Part shown: piece after piece, positions 39,751 to 49,298 of the stretch
Layout: every line of letters starts with the position of its first letter
How positions within the stretch are numbered: the first letter of the stretch is position 1
Assembly (NCBI RefSeq): GCF_050320075.1
Contig: NZ_CP190018.1
Strand: one strand, 5' to 3'
Length of the DNA: 64,000 bases
Origin: Escherichia coli
GTDB taxonomy: Bacteria > Pseudomonadota > Gammaproteobacteria > Enterobacterales > Enterobacteriaceae
The notes under the pieces: generated by a model
What the model saw: the letters and a program-made list of their open reading frames with translations, nothing else
What the model was told of the DNA's origin: nothing
The model's database searches: none
Translations under genes and position numbers: made by a program

Positions 39751-39776
39751 GCCAGCCTTCGGGCTGGCATTTTTTA
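39751..39776 (+). terminator. intrinsic terminator after eno
   Basis: GCCAGCC-ttcg-GGCTGGC stem-loop followed by ATTTTTTAT. Confidence 0.8.
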
Positions 39777-39784
39777 TGGTTGAG

Positions 39785-40657
39785 TTACCAGCGACCGGAC
39801 GCGCCGCCACCGCCAGAAGAACCGCCCCCGCCGCTAAATCCGCCGCCACTTGAGCCGCCACCGGAACCGCTGTTGTCTGAATGATAACTTCTACCAGATG
39901 CTTTTTTCTGAAGTACACATAAACAGGTAAAGACCATAATGGTGGTGAAAGTAAAAAAGAAGAAAAATACAGCACTGGAAAAAGTTTTATCGGAGAACAG
40001 GAATAAATCTAAAAGATAGATTGCTGAAATACAGACACTGCTTTTACATGCGCGACAAAAATTACTGCCTTGATGAAAAAACCAGAAAGGGAAGAACATC
40101 ACTGCAAATACCCAAAAAATAGCAAAGTAATAATGATCACTGGAAGACGCTGATTCAATTTCTGAAGGATTAGCCGGATATTGGTGTTGTGAAGTGAGTT
40201 GGTTATTCAAAGCGTTTATAGCTAGCTCTAATCCCTGAGCTAATTTTTGTTGTTTAAATGCGGGTATCATGTTGCTACGGATGATATCTCCAGCCAGAGC
40301 ATCGGTTACCTTTTCTTCCAGCCCATAACCTACCTGGATGCGGACAGTACGATCCGACCAGGCAACAATGATCAGTATCCCATCATTACGTTTGGCATCT
40401 CCTAAACGCCAATTGTCAAAAACCCGTGTAGCATATTTTTCAATTGTCTCGTCTTTGGTTGTGGGAACAATTAATACAGCAATTTGCACTTGGGTATTAT
40501 TGAAAATAGATTCTAACTTGTACGTCAGTTCTTTCTTTTCTTGTGAGTTTAAGCTACTCGTAAGATCCGTAACTTGTTGCTGTAATGATGGGACAATAGT
40601 TGGTTGGGCTGCAACAAAGGAACACACGAATGTGAATATTAGTATGAAATAGCGCAT
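39785..40657 (-). CDS. ygcG: TPM-domain membrane protein with Gly/Ser-rich C-terminal tail
   Basis: ORF 39785..40702; start placed at [10 protein letters not shown] giving 290 aa; signal/anchor, TPM-like region, TM segments, C-terminal [23 protein letters not shown]. Confidence 0.8.
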   Translation of the reverse strand: MRYFILIFTFVCSFVAAQPTIVPSLQQQVTDLTSSLNSQEKKELTYKLESIFNNTQVQIAVLIVPTTKDETIEKYATRVFDNWRLGDAKRNDGILIIVAWSDRTVRIQVGYGLEEKVTDALAGDIIRSNMIPAFKQQKLAQGLELAINALNNQLTSQHQYPANPSEIESASSSDHYYFAIFWVFAVMFFPFWFFHQGSNFCRACKSSVCISAIYLLDLFLFSDKTFSSAVFFFFFTFTTIMVFTCLCVLQKKASGRSYHSDNSGSGGGSSGGGFSGGGGSSGGGGASGRW

Positions 40658-40950
40658 TATAAATGTCCCATTAAAGCTGGATAAATAAATTGACGGCGGC
40701 ATCGGTAATTTGAGATTCGTTATAATTAAAAACGAACACAGAAAAAATAAGTATAATTTTGGTGAATGTTTTTGACATGATTAAATCCCTTTACTTTATT
40801 TATTTCTGACATAATACGTTACTCCCTTTTATTATTAACGATCTGTTTCTCATTTTTCTTTAAACCTGCCTGTAACAGAATGTTAATAAGACATGATTGT
40901 TGTGGCAGGATCTGCAATAATTAACAATTATCCACTTCACAGAGAATGCT

Positions 40951-41622
40951 ATGCAGTACCCGATTAACGAGATGTTCCAGACCCTGCAAGGTGAGGGTTA
41001 CTTTACCGGCGTCCCCGCCATTTTTATTCGTTTACAGGGATGCCCGGTTGGCTGTGCCTGGTGCGACACCAAACACACCTGGGAAAAGCTTGAGGATCGG
41101 GAAGTCTCCCTTTTCAGCATTCTGGCGAAGACCAAAGAGAGTGATAAGTGGGGGGCGGCGAGCAGTGAAGACTTGCTGGCTGTCATTGGTCGCCAGGGAT
41201 ACACCGCGCGGCATGTGGTGATTACGGGTGGTGAGCCTTGCATTCATGATTTGCTGCCACTTACTGACCTGCTCGAAAAGAACGGTTTTAGCTGCCAGAT
41301 AGAAACCAGCGGTACTCATGAAGTGCGTTGTACGCCGAATACCTGGGTCACCGTGTCGCCAAAGCTAAATATGCGTGGTGGTTATGAAGTATTGTCGCAA
41401 GCCCTGGAGCGAGCTAACGAAATCAAACACCCAGTTGGACGCGTACGTGATATCGAAGCACTGGATGAATTGCTTGCGACGCTGACCGATGATAAACCGC
41501 GAGTCATTGCACTGCAGCCGATTAGCCAAAAGGATGATGCCACACGTTTGTGCATTGAAACCTGCATTGCGCGTAATTGGCGTTTGTCGATGCAAACACA
41601 TAAATATTTAAATATTGCCTGA
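40951..41622 (+). CDS. queE: 7-carboxy-7-deazaguanine synthase (radical SAM)
   Basis: 223-aa ORF with radical-SAM Cys motif (CPVGCAWCDTKHT); recognised as QueE (YgcF). Confidence 0.9.
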   Translation: MQYPINEMFQTLQGEGYFTGVPAIFIRLQGCPVGCAWCDTKHTWEKLEDREVSLFSILAKTKESDKWGAASSEDLLAVIGRQGYTARHVVITGGEPCIHDLLPLTDLLEKNGFSCQIETSGTHEVRCTPNTWVTVSPKLNMRGGYEVLSQALERANEIKHPVGRVRDIEALDELLATLTDDKPRVIALQPISQKDDATRLCIETCIARNWRLSMQTHKYLNIA

Positions 41623-41960
41623 TTACACATTTATAAGCGTTATAAATGGGTGGAACCTGTAAAGACTTCTACTCATTTATATTCTTTGTCGCCTCTAAAA
41701 AACCTCCATTTTGCCCATCCTGGACTAATCATTATCATTTTCTACAAATTCTGTGGCGTTAATTTTTCGTTGGAGTGAAAATTATTACGTCGGAGTTTGG
41801 TGGATTTTAGTCGGTATAGAATTACTTTAAATATTTGGCTTTTCAATCAATGAATTAAGTGCTCTTTAACATAATGGATGTGTTGTTTGTGTGTTTCTGT
41901 TAAGTTGGTAGATTGTGACTGACTTAAAAAATCAATAATTAATAATAGGTTATGTTTAGT
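41623..41960 (+). promoter_or_regulatory. CRISPR leader (AT-rich), inferred promoter side of the array
   Basis: 338-bp AT-rich non-coding region immediately 5' of the first consensus repeat; degenerate repeat lies at the opposite end of the array. Confidence 0.6.
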
Positions 41961-43209
41961 GAGTTCCCCGCGCCAGCGGGGATAAACCGTTTGCTGAGTG
42001 TGCATACACACTTGAACATCAGAGTTCCCCGCGCCAGCGGGGATAAACCGCTATCAGTAACAACCTGGTAAATATCGGTTTTGAGTTCCCCGCGCCAGCG
42101 GGGATAAACCGTTTTCGGGGCCATAAATGGCGCTCATTTATGTGAGTTCCCCGCGCCAGCGGGGATAAACCGGGAAAATAAACGCGTTATTCCTTGATGG
42201 GTGCGAGTTCCCCGCGCCAGCGGGGATAAACCGAGCAACAGGTATTTCATATGGCCTGCCGTGCTGAGTTCCCCGCGCCAGCGGGGATAAACCGGCCAGC
42301 GGCGCTGAGTACGACGACCTGATTAAGAGTTCCCCGCGCCAGCGGGGATAAACCGTCAATACAACAGCAATGCTGGAGCTGGAAAAAGAGTTCCCCGCGC
42401 CAGCGGGGATAAACCGTGGTGGGATAGCTGCTCTGCCAGCGTGTCGCGGAGTTCCCCGCGCCAGCGGGGATAAACCGTGGGCGCAGCTCATGTATTCCAA
42501 TAAGGATATGAGTTCCCCGCGCCAGCGGGGATAAACCGAGATTCGCGCAATGTACGGTAAAGACAGCACCGAGTTCCCCGCGCCAGCGGGGATAAACCGC
42601 CATTCTTGTTGTCGTTCATCAAGCGCAGGGGGAGTTTCCCGCGCCAGCGGGGATAAACCGTTTGTTTTGATGATTTATCAGTATATGAATTGGAGTTCCC
42701 CGCGCCAGCGGGGATAAACCGATTTTTGCGCGGCCTGCATGAAACCAGTGGCAAAGTTCCCCGCGCCAGCGGGGATAAACCGGTACCGTTGAGCAATGGT
42801 GGGTAAATGGTGCTGAGTTCCCCGCGCCAGCGGGGATAAACCGATTTAGATACGGCACACAGGAATGCGCTGGATGAGTTCCCCGCGCCAGCGGGGATAA
42901 ACCGCATGGGAGTCCAGATTACAAATTCCAGAATGGGAGTTCCCCGCGCCAGCGGGGATAAACCGCGCCAGTCTGAGGTTTTCCGGTCATACATCGTGAG
43001 TTCCCCGCGCCAGCGGGGATAAACCGACCGTTGCTACACATATGATCAGGCATGTGCCGAGTTCCCCGCGCCAGCGGGGATAAACCGGACGATGAGACGC
43101 CCTGGTGTGCCGCGTTCGTGAGTTCCCCGCGCCAGCGGGGATAAACCGCGTTTAGCTCCGCAATGTTGGATATCACTGATGAGTTCCCCGCACCAGCGGG
43201 AATAAACCA
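41961..43209 (+). CRISPR. type I-E CRISPR array, 21 repeats and 20 spacers
   Basis: 29-bp repeat GAGTTCCCCGCGCCAGCGGGGATAAACCG recurring with exact 61-bp periodicity (41961 + 61n); all spacers 32 bp and unique; last repeat (43181-43209) degenerate. Confidence 0.98.
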
Positions 43210-43680
43210 CCATATAACCCGTTATCTCTTTCTCAAGTTTTTATATTAGCAGTACTCGTATTAAGCAACATATCCACGTAACACCTCATGTTCAAAATAG
43301 CTCTCCATATATGAGAAGTTCACAATTATCGATACAAAAAATCAAATTTAATCAAAGTGTTATTTGTATAATCCTTAAACCGTTAAGAAATTTTAACATA
43401 TTATTTTTTTAATATTAATTAATGCCTGTTAATTTTTTCTTTAGAATAACAGTGTATTTTTTAAGCTTGTTATTCATTGATTAAGTAATAAATCTGGAAA
43501 TTTGTCTTTGTTTTGAGGCTAATGAGTGGTTTTACATAATCGCCTCTATACGCTGTTGATGAATAGTTCTTATGAATAAAGATATCCAGTTCATACTTTA
43601 AGTGAAAATTGATAAAGTGCGATTCGTATTGTCTTTTATTCTAAAGACATCGAGTGTAGTTAATATTCCTTGTAAAAACA

Positions 43681-43800
43681 GGGATAAACCGAACTAGTTA
43701 AAGTTTTTATTATGTTCCCTGCATCAGCGGGGATAAACCGGACTTGTTATCATTTTTTAAGTTGTCGAACTTATGTTCCCCGCGCCAGCGGGGATAACCA
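43681..43800 (+). CRISPR. remnant mini-array (partial repeat, two degenerate repeats, two spacers)
   Basis: GGGATAAACCG fragment (43681-43691), degenerate repeat ATGTTCCCTGCATCAGCGGGGATAAACCG (43712-43740), 32-bp spacer (43741-43772), degenerate repeat ATGTTCCCCGCGCCAGCGGGGATAACCA (43773-43800). Confidence 0.8.
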
Positions 43801-43846
43801 TTCAGGTATGTTCAGGCCGGGCAGTTTCCCGCCCGGTCTTCCTCAC

Positions 43847-45325
43847 TTACGCATTCGACCAGCTCTGGATCGAATCCGCATTCCCCAATTCCCCATGCAT
43901 CACTTCATACGATTTTTTCAGGATTACATCAGTATGTTTGGTTAACTCCTTGAAAATGCCTTTATTCATCGCGTTGTAGCGTTTGGCGTTGCTCTCAACA
44001 GGCATAAAGATATCTTTCACGCGAACCATTTTGTCGACAGCCGTTGCGTAATCCGGGTATAGCCCCAGACCTACCGCCGTATTAATCGCTGCCCCCAGGC
44101 TTGCACAACCATTAATGGCGTTACGGCGTGCCGGAAGGTTGAACACGTCGGCAAAAATCTGCATAAACAGATCGCTGTTCGAACCGCCGCCAGTAATGAT
44201 CACATGCTTTGCAAAGTGATTCATTTCATTACACATATTGTCGTAATTGTTCTTCAGCGTCAGCGCCACGCTTTCCAGTATCGAACGATATATCCATGCG
44301 TAATCCATGCTGGAATCAAAGCCAATCATAATCCCGCGTTTGTACGGTTCCCACGGATTGGTCAGCCAGTCCAGCACCGTCATCAGACCATTACAGCCTG
44401 GCGGCACACAAGACGCTTTTTTGTTGAGCAAATCTTCCGGTGAAAGATCCTGTGCTTTGGCATCCTGAATTAACGACTCGCCTAACATGTCGCGTAGCCA
44501 GCTCACCGTCCACATGCCTTTGCGAATACCGTAACCTTCATACAGCAAGGTTTGCGGAATAGAAGACATAATCGGCCAGTACGCTACCGGATCTTTCGGT
44601 AGTAATTTGCCGTTCATCATCAACGCGATGTAAGTGCCAAGAGAAATTACCGCAGTTTCATCATCCAGTAACCCGGCTCCCAGTGCTTCTACCGGTTTAT
44701 CACTGGTGGTACAAACAACCGGCAGCCCAGCCGGGAAATGTGTCGCCAGCGCGGCTTGAGGAGTGATATGCCCAAGAACAGTGCCCGGCATTTGCACATC
44801 AAACAGCATATGACGGGGGATATTAAACTTCTCCATGACTGCGGCATCTTCACTCCATGCCCAGGTCTTATAATCCACCGGCCACTGACCAAAATAGTTG
44901 GCGATATTGTCTTTAAACTCGCCGGTTAAGCGATGCGTCAGATAACCCGAAAAAGAGGTGACATATGCCACGTCAGGATTCGTATGTTCGTAAGGGCGTG
45001 TAACGCGTGCATCCTGCCAGCTAATCAACGGCGCAGCTGGCGTGCCATCGGCTTTCAATAACGCACGGCAGCAACGGATGGATCCCAGACCAATACCGAC
45101 AATATCTTCTTTATTTCCGGCAAACTGACTCATCAAATCGTGACCGGCAAAGCATAATGATGCCCATAAATCGTCGTCAGGATGTTCTGCGGTATCGGCA
45201 TCTGGCGTGTGCATCGGCTGCAATAAGCCTTTGCCTTCGCAAACCACATTACCTTCCAGATCGTACATCACCACTTTTGTGCTCTGACTTCCACCATCAA
45301 TCCCTATGATGTATTTTTTCGACAT
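43847..45325 (-). CDS. ygcE: FGGY-family carbohydrate kinase
   Basis: 492-aa ORF with FGGY kinase N- and C-terminal domain signatures. Confidence 0.85.
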   Translation of the reverse strand: MSKKYIIGIDGGSQSTKVVMYDLEGNVVCEGKGLLQPMHTPDADTAEHPDDDLWASLCFAGHDLMSQFAGNKEDIVGIGLGSIRCCRALLKADGTPAAPLISWQDARVTRPYEHTNPDVAYVTSFSGYLTHRLTGEFKDNIANYFGQWPVDYKTWAWSEDAAVMEKFNIPRHMLFDVQMPGTVLGHITPQAALATHFPAGLPVVCTTSDKPVEALGAGLLDDETAVISLGTYIALMMNGKLLPKDPVAYWPIMSSIPQTLLYEGYGIRKGMWTVSWLRDMLGESLIQDAKAQDLSPEDLLNKKASCVPPGCNGLMTVLDWLTNPWEPYKRGIMIGFDSSMDYAWIYRSILESVALTLKNNYDNMCNEMNHFAKHVIITGGGSNSDLFMQIFADVFNLPARRNAINGCASLGAAINTAVGLGLYPDYATAVDKMVRVKDIFMPVESNAKRYNAMNKGIFKELTKHTDVILKKSYEVMHGELGNADSIQSWSNA

Positions 45326-45351
45326 GATTTTTCTCCTGTAATTTTCTGGAC

Positions 45352-46629
45352 TTACTTGCTGCTAGCCATAGCAGGGGCGCTATCAGCAGTACGAATTTTT
45401 TGGAACAGCAAAAAGGTAAAGACGATCACCATGGCAAGCGCCGCCATGCCCATCAGCCACATATTGCGGTAGGCTTCTGCAGCGGGCAGGGTGTCTTGCC
45501 AGTAGCCGATAATCGGGTAAACGAAGACATCCGGCAGGAATCCAATCACCGAACAAATACCTACCGTGGTGCCCATAATGTAAGACGGTGTTCTCGCTTC
45601 GCCAGGGCAGGCCCAGTACAGCCCGCGTGAGGCGTAACAGGTGAATCCCAGCAGTAAAATCAGGCCAATCCCCATCGCGACCGATTGCGGGTTAGAGTTC
45701 GTGACGAGCAGGGCAGTTAACGCCAGCAAGCCGAGTACGGAAAGGATTTGGATCACGCGGGTAGGGGATTTCACTTTGCTGTAGGTGGTGATAATGCCGC
45801 CAAGTGGGCCGCACAGCGCGCGGAAGATTTTGTTGATCACAATCCCCATGTAGCTCGCCGCCACCAGCGACATGCCGTACATTTCGGTCAGATAGTTGGT
45901 GGAGTAACTCAGAATGGCGTAGATGGTGAAGACGCCAAAAATCACCATGCTGCAATACCAGGTGGTGCTGATGCGCAAAACGGCCAGGATGTCGCTAAGC
46001 TGGAATGACTGTTTTTCTTCGTTATTGGCACTGCGCAGATTGTTGTTATCGCTAACAAAAAACCAGCACAGAATCCCCAACAAGATGTAAACCACACTAT
46101 AGATGATGATGACCGTTTTCAGACTGGCGCTGTCATCCGGAGCGAAGCGAGAAAAGACCCACATGGTAAACACCGCCAGCGACATTACACCGACGCCGCG
46201 CAGCCCTTCCATCCAGCCCATAATTTTCCCTTGCTCGCTATGATCGCCCAGCAATGAGGCGGCTTTAATCGACACCGACCACAGCATTAAAATAGTGGTT
46301 ATCGCAAAGGCGACCTGAATACAGAGCATTACCCACAGCGGTGGATATGTTGCCATTAACAGACCCAGTAATCCGGTAATGATCATCGCGGAAGTAATCA
46401 TTTTGCGGTGTGAAAATTTATCGGCAATAACGCCGCTGGGGGCATAAAGAATAATGGCCGCAATACCAAATGTACTCATTATTAAACCTATCTCGGTATT
46501 GCTGAATCCCATAAATTTCGCTATGGGAATTTGATAAATATAACGTAAATAAGCCAGGTCGAAACTAACGCCGCCGCTAAAACTAATTATCGCGAGGGTT
46601 ATCCAACGGCGATATGAGTTGTGTTGCAT
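45352..46629 (-). CDS. yqcE: MFS transporter
   Basis: 425-aa polytopic membrane ORF, 26 bp upstream of ygcE on the same strand. Confidence 0.85.
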   Translation of the reverse strand: MQHNSYRRWITLAIISFSGGVSFDLAYLRYIYQIPIAKFMGFSNTEIGLIMSTFGIAAIILYAPSGVIADKFSHRKMITSAMIITGLLGLLMATYPPLWVMLCIQVAFAITTILMLWSVSIKAASLLGDHSEQGKIMGWMEGLRGVGVMSLAVFTMWVFSRFAPDDSASLKTVIIIYSVVYILLGILCWFFVSDNNNLRSANNEEKQSFQLSDILAVLRISTTWYCSMVIFGVFTIYAILSYSTNYLTEMYGMSLVAASYMGIVINKIFRALCGPLGGIITTYSKVKSPTRVIQILSVLGLLALTALLVTNSNPQSVAMGIGLILLLGFTCYASRGLYWACPGEARTPSYIMGTTVGICSVIGFLPDVFVYPIIGYWQDTLPAAEAYRNMWLMGMAALAMVIVFTFLLFQKIRTADSAPAMASSK

Positions 46630-46653
46630 ATCGTATTCCCATTTGTAATAGAC

Positions 46654-46701
46654 AAAAAAAAGAGAAAAGTAAGCCGCCCTTTCAGGTGGATTACTTTTCT
46701 C
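46654..46701 (-). terminator. intrinsic-terminator-like hairpin in the yqcE leader
   Basis: On the minus strand GAGAAAAGTAA-18 nt loop-TTACTTTTCTC followed by U8, ending 25 nt upstream of the yqcE ATG. Confidence 0.6.
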
Positions 46702-46876
46702 AGGTCTCTAGTAATTGCAATAAGAAATAACATGGAAAGCAGTGGTGTTGTGTGAGAGTAATCACGCTTCTGCTTTTTAAAATTATTTGACAATTCGAAT
46801 ATCACACTGTGATTACGATCACATTAGCGATTATGCCCTTATGATAAAAATTATCTCCAGTTACCAGAGATAATGA

Positions 46877-46923
46877 GAAAGGTAACTTCCCTCTCGCGGG
46901 GGAAGTTACCTTTCTTTTTTTTT
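46877..46923 (+). terminator. intrinsic-terminator-like hairpin in the ygcW leader
   Basis: Perfect 15-bp stem GAAAGGTAACTTCCC / GGGAAGTTACCTTTC with 8-nt loop, followed by T9; ends 25 nt upstream of the ygcW ATG. Confidence 0.65.
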
Positions 46924-46947
46924 GCCTTACGGAAATTGGAGCTAACT

Positions 46948-47733
46948 ATGTCAATCGAATCTCTCAATGCGTTCTCAATGGATTTTTTCTCCCTGAAAGG
47001 TAAAACCGCAATTGTTACCGGCGGGAATAGCGGTTTAGGCCAGGCATTTGCCATGGCGCTGGCCAAAGCAGGCGCAAATATCTTTATTCCAAGCTTCGTT
47101 AAAGATAACGGCGAAACAAAGGAAATGATTGAAAAACAGGGTGTTGAGGTGGACTTCATGCAGGTGGATATCACCGCAGAAGGCGCGCCGCAGAAGATAA
47201 TCGCCGCCTGTTGCGAACGTTTCGGTACCGTCGATATTCTGATTAACAATGCCGGTATTTGTAAGCTGAATAAGGTGCTGAACTTCGGTCGTGCCGACTG
47301 GGACCCGATGATTGATGTGAACCTGACCGCCGCATTCGAGTTAAGCTATGAAGCTGCAAAAATTATGATCCCGCAGAAAAGCGGTAAAATCATTAATATC
47401 TGTTCATTATTCTCTTACTTAGGTGGACAATGGTCACCTGCATATTCTGCCACTAAACATGCTCTTGCCGGATTCACCAAAGCTTACTGTGATGAACTAG
47501 GTCAATATAATATTCAGGTAAATGGTATTGCCCCTGGCTATTATGCAACAGATATTACGCTGGCGACACGCAGTAATCCAGAAACCAATCAGCGCGTTCT
47601 TGATCATATTCCGGCAAACCGTTGGGGCGATACTCAGGATTTAATGGGCGCAGCCGTATTCCTCGCAAGTCCGGCATCGAATTATGTCAACGGACATTTA
47701 TTAGTGGTTGATGGTGGTTATTTAGTGCGCTAA
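46948..47733 (+). CDS. ygcW: short-chain dehydrogenase/reductase (KduD / gluconate-5-dehydrogenase-like)
   Basis: ORF 46873..47733; start placed at MSIESLNAF giving 261 aa; SDR motifs TGGNSGLG and YxxxK. Confidence 0.85.
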   Translation: MSIESLNAFSMDFFSLKGKTAIVTGGNSGLGQAFAMALAKAGANIFIPSFVKDNGETKEMIEKQGVEVDFMQVDITAEGAPQKIIAACCERFGTVDILINNAGICKLNKVLNFGRADWDPMIDVNLTAAFELSYEAAKIMIPQKSGKIINICSLFSYLGGQWSPAYSATKHALAGFTKAYCDELGQYNIQVNGIAPGYYATDITLATRSNPETNQRVLDHIPANRWGDTQDLMGAAVFLASPASNYVNGHLLVVDGGYLVR

Positions 47734-47802
47734 TCCATAACGGTGGTTTCTGTTTTCTCTTATTAATGATTATTCCATTTTTATTATCAGGAAGGAATTA
47801 CT

Positions 47803-49257
47803 ATGTCTTTATCTCGCGCAGCGATTGTCGACCAGCTAAAGGAAATTGTTGGTGCAGATCGCGTAATTACCGATGAAACAGTATTAAAGAAGAACAGTAT
47901 TGACCGTTTTCGCAAATTTCCGGATATTCATGGCATTTATACTTTGCCGATTCCGGCAGCGGTCGTAAAACTCGGTTCCACAGAACAAGTATCCCGTGTG
48001 CTGAATTTTATGAATGCGCACAAAATTAACGGTGTGCCGCGTACCGGTGCTTCCGCTACCGAAGGTGGGCTGGAAACCGTTGTGGAAAACTCGGTGGTGC
48101 TCGACGGCTCTGCCATGAATCAAATCATTAATATTGATATTGAGAATATGCAGGCCACGGCGCAATGCGGAGTTCCGCTGGAAGTGCTGGAAAACGCGTT
48201 GCGTGAAAAAGGTTACACCACGGGGCATTCTCCGCAGTCAAAGCCGCTGGCGCAGATGGGCGGCCTGGTAGCAACCCGCAGTATCGGGCAGTTCTCCACA
48301 CTCTACGGCGCAATCGAAGATATGGTCGTTGGTCTGGAAGCAGTATTGGCTGATGGCACCGTAACACGCATTAAAAACGTACCACGCCGCGCGGCAGGCC
48401 CGGACATTCGTCACATCATCATCGGCAACGAAGGTGCATTGTGCTATATCACTGAAGTAACTGTGAAAATCTTTAAGTTCACCCCGGAAAACAACCTCTT
48501 CTACGGCTATATCCTGGAAGACATGAAAACCGGCTTCAACATCCTGCGTGAAATCATGGTGGAAGGGTATCGTCCGTCGATCGCTCGTTTGTATGACGCT
48601 GAAGATGGCACCCAACACTTCACCCATTTTGCTGACGGAAAATGCGTGCTGATCTTTATGGCTGAAGGTAACCCTCGCATTGCGAAGGCGACGGGCGAAG
48701 GGATTGCTGAAATCGTGGCACGTTACCCGCAATGCCAGCGAGTGGACAGCAAGCTGATCGAAACCTGGTTTAACAACCTGAACTGGGGACCGGATAAAGT
48801 AGCTGCCGAACGTGTGCAGATCCTCAAAACCGGCAACATGGGCTTTACCACCGAAGTGTCCGGCTGCTGGAGCTGCATTCACGAAATCTACGAAAGCGTT
48901 ATTAACCGTATTCGTACCGAGTTCCCGCACGCCGACGACATCACCATGCTGGGCGGTCACTCCTCTCACAGCTACCAGAACGGCACCAACATGTACTTCG
49001 TTTACGACTACAACGTTGTTGACTGTAAGCCGGAAGAGGAAATCGACAAGTACCACAATCCGCTCAACAAAATCATCTGCGAAGAAACCATTCGCCTCGG
49101 TGGTTCGATGGTGCACCACCACGGCATTGGTAAACATCGCGTTCACTGGAGCAAGCTGGAACACGGCAGCGCGTGGACGTTGCTGGAAGGTCTGAAAAAG
49201 CAGTTCGATCCTAACGGCATTATGAATACGGGTACTATCTATCCGATTGAAAAATAA
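47803..49257 (+). CDS. ygcU: FAD-linked oxidase (GlcD / alkyl-DHAP-synthase-like)
   Basis: 484-aa ORF with FAD-binding PCMH-type domain. Confidence 0.85.
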   Translation: MSLSRAAIVDQLKEIVGADRVITDETVLKKNSIDRFRKFPDIHGIYTLPIPAAVVKLGSTEQVSRVLNFMNAHKINGVPRTGASATEGGLETVVENSVVLDGSAMNQIINIDIENMQATAQCGVPLEVLENALREKGYTTGHSPQSKPLAQMGGLVATRSIGQFSTLYGAIEDMVVGLEAVLADGTVTRIKNVPRRAAGPDIRHIIIGNEGALCYITEVTVKIFKFTPENNLFYGYILEDMKTGFNILREIMVEGYRPSIARLYDAEDGTQHFTHFADGKCVLIFMAEGNPRIAKATGEGIAEIVARYPQCQRVDSKLIETWFNNLNWGPDKVAAERVQILKTGNMGFTTEVSGCWSCIHEIYESVINRIRTEFPHADDITMLGGHSSHSYQNGTNMYFVYDYNVVDCKPEEEIDKYHNPLNKIICEETIRLGGSMVHHHGIGKHRVHWSKLEHGSAWTLLEGLKKQFDPNGIMNTGTIYPIEK

Positions 49258-49298
49258 TGTGTCAGGCAGCGTTCCGCGATGACGGGGCGTTGCCTTTT

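Noticed and set aside
42138-43176. Several minus-strand ORFs (up to 168 aa) across the CRISPR array with reiterated YPRWRGEL / FIPAGAGNS peptides
   Set aside because: The periodic peptide motifs are simply the CRISPR repeat translated in different frames; not coding.
43801-43846. GGCCGGGCAGTTTCCCGCCCGGTC hairpin as a ygcE terminator
   Set aside because: The stem is present but there is no U-tract on the ygcE strand, and it abuts the remnant CRISPR repeat. Too weak to call as a feature.
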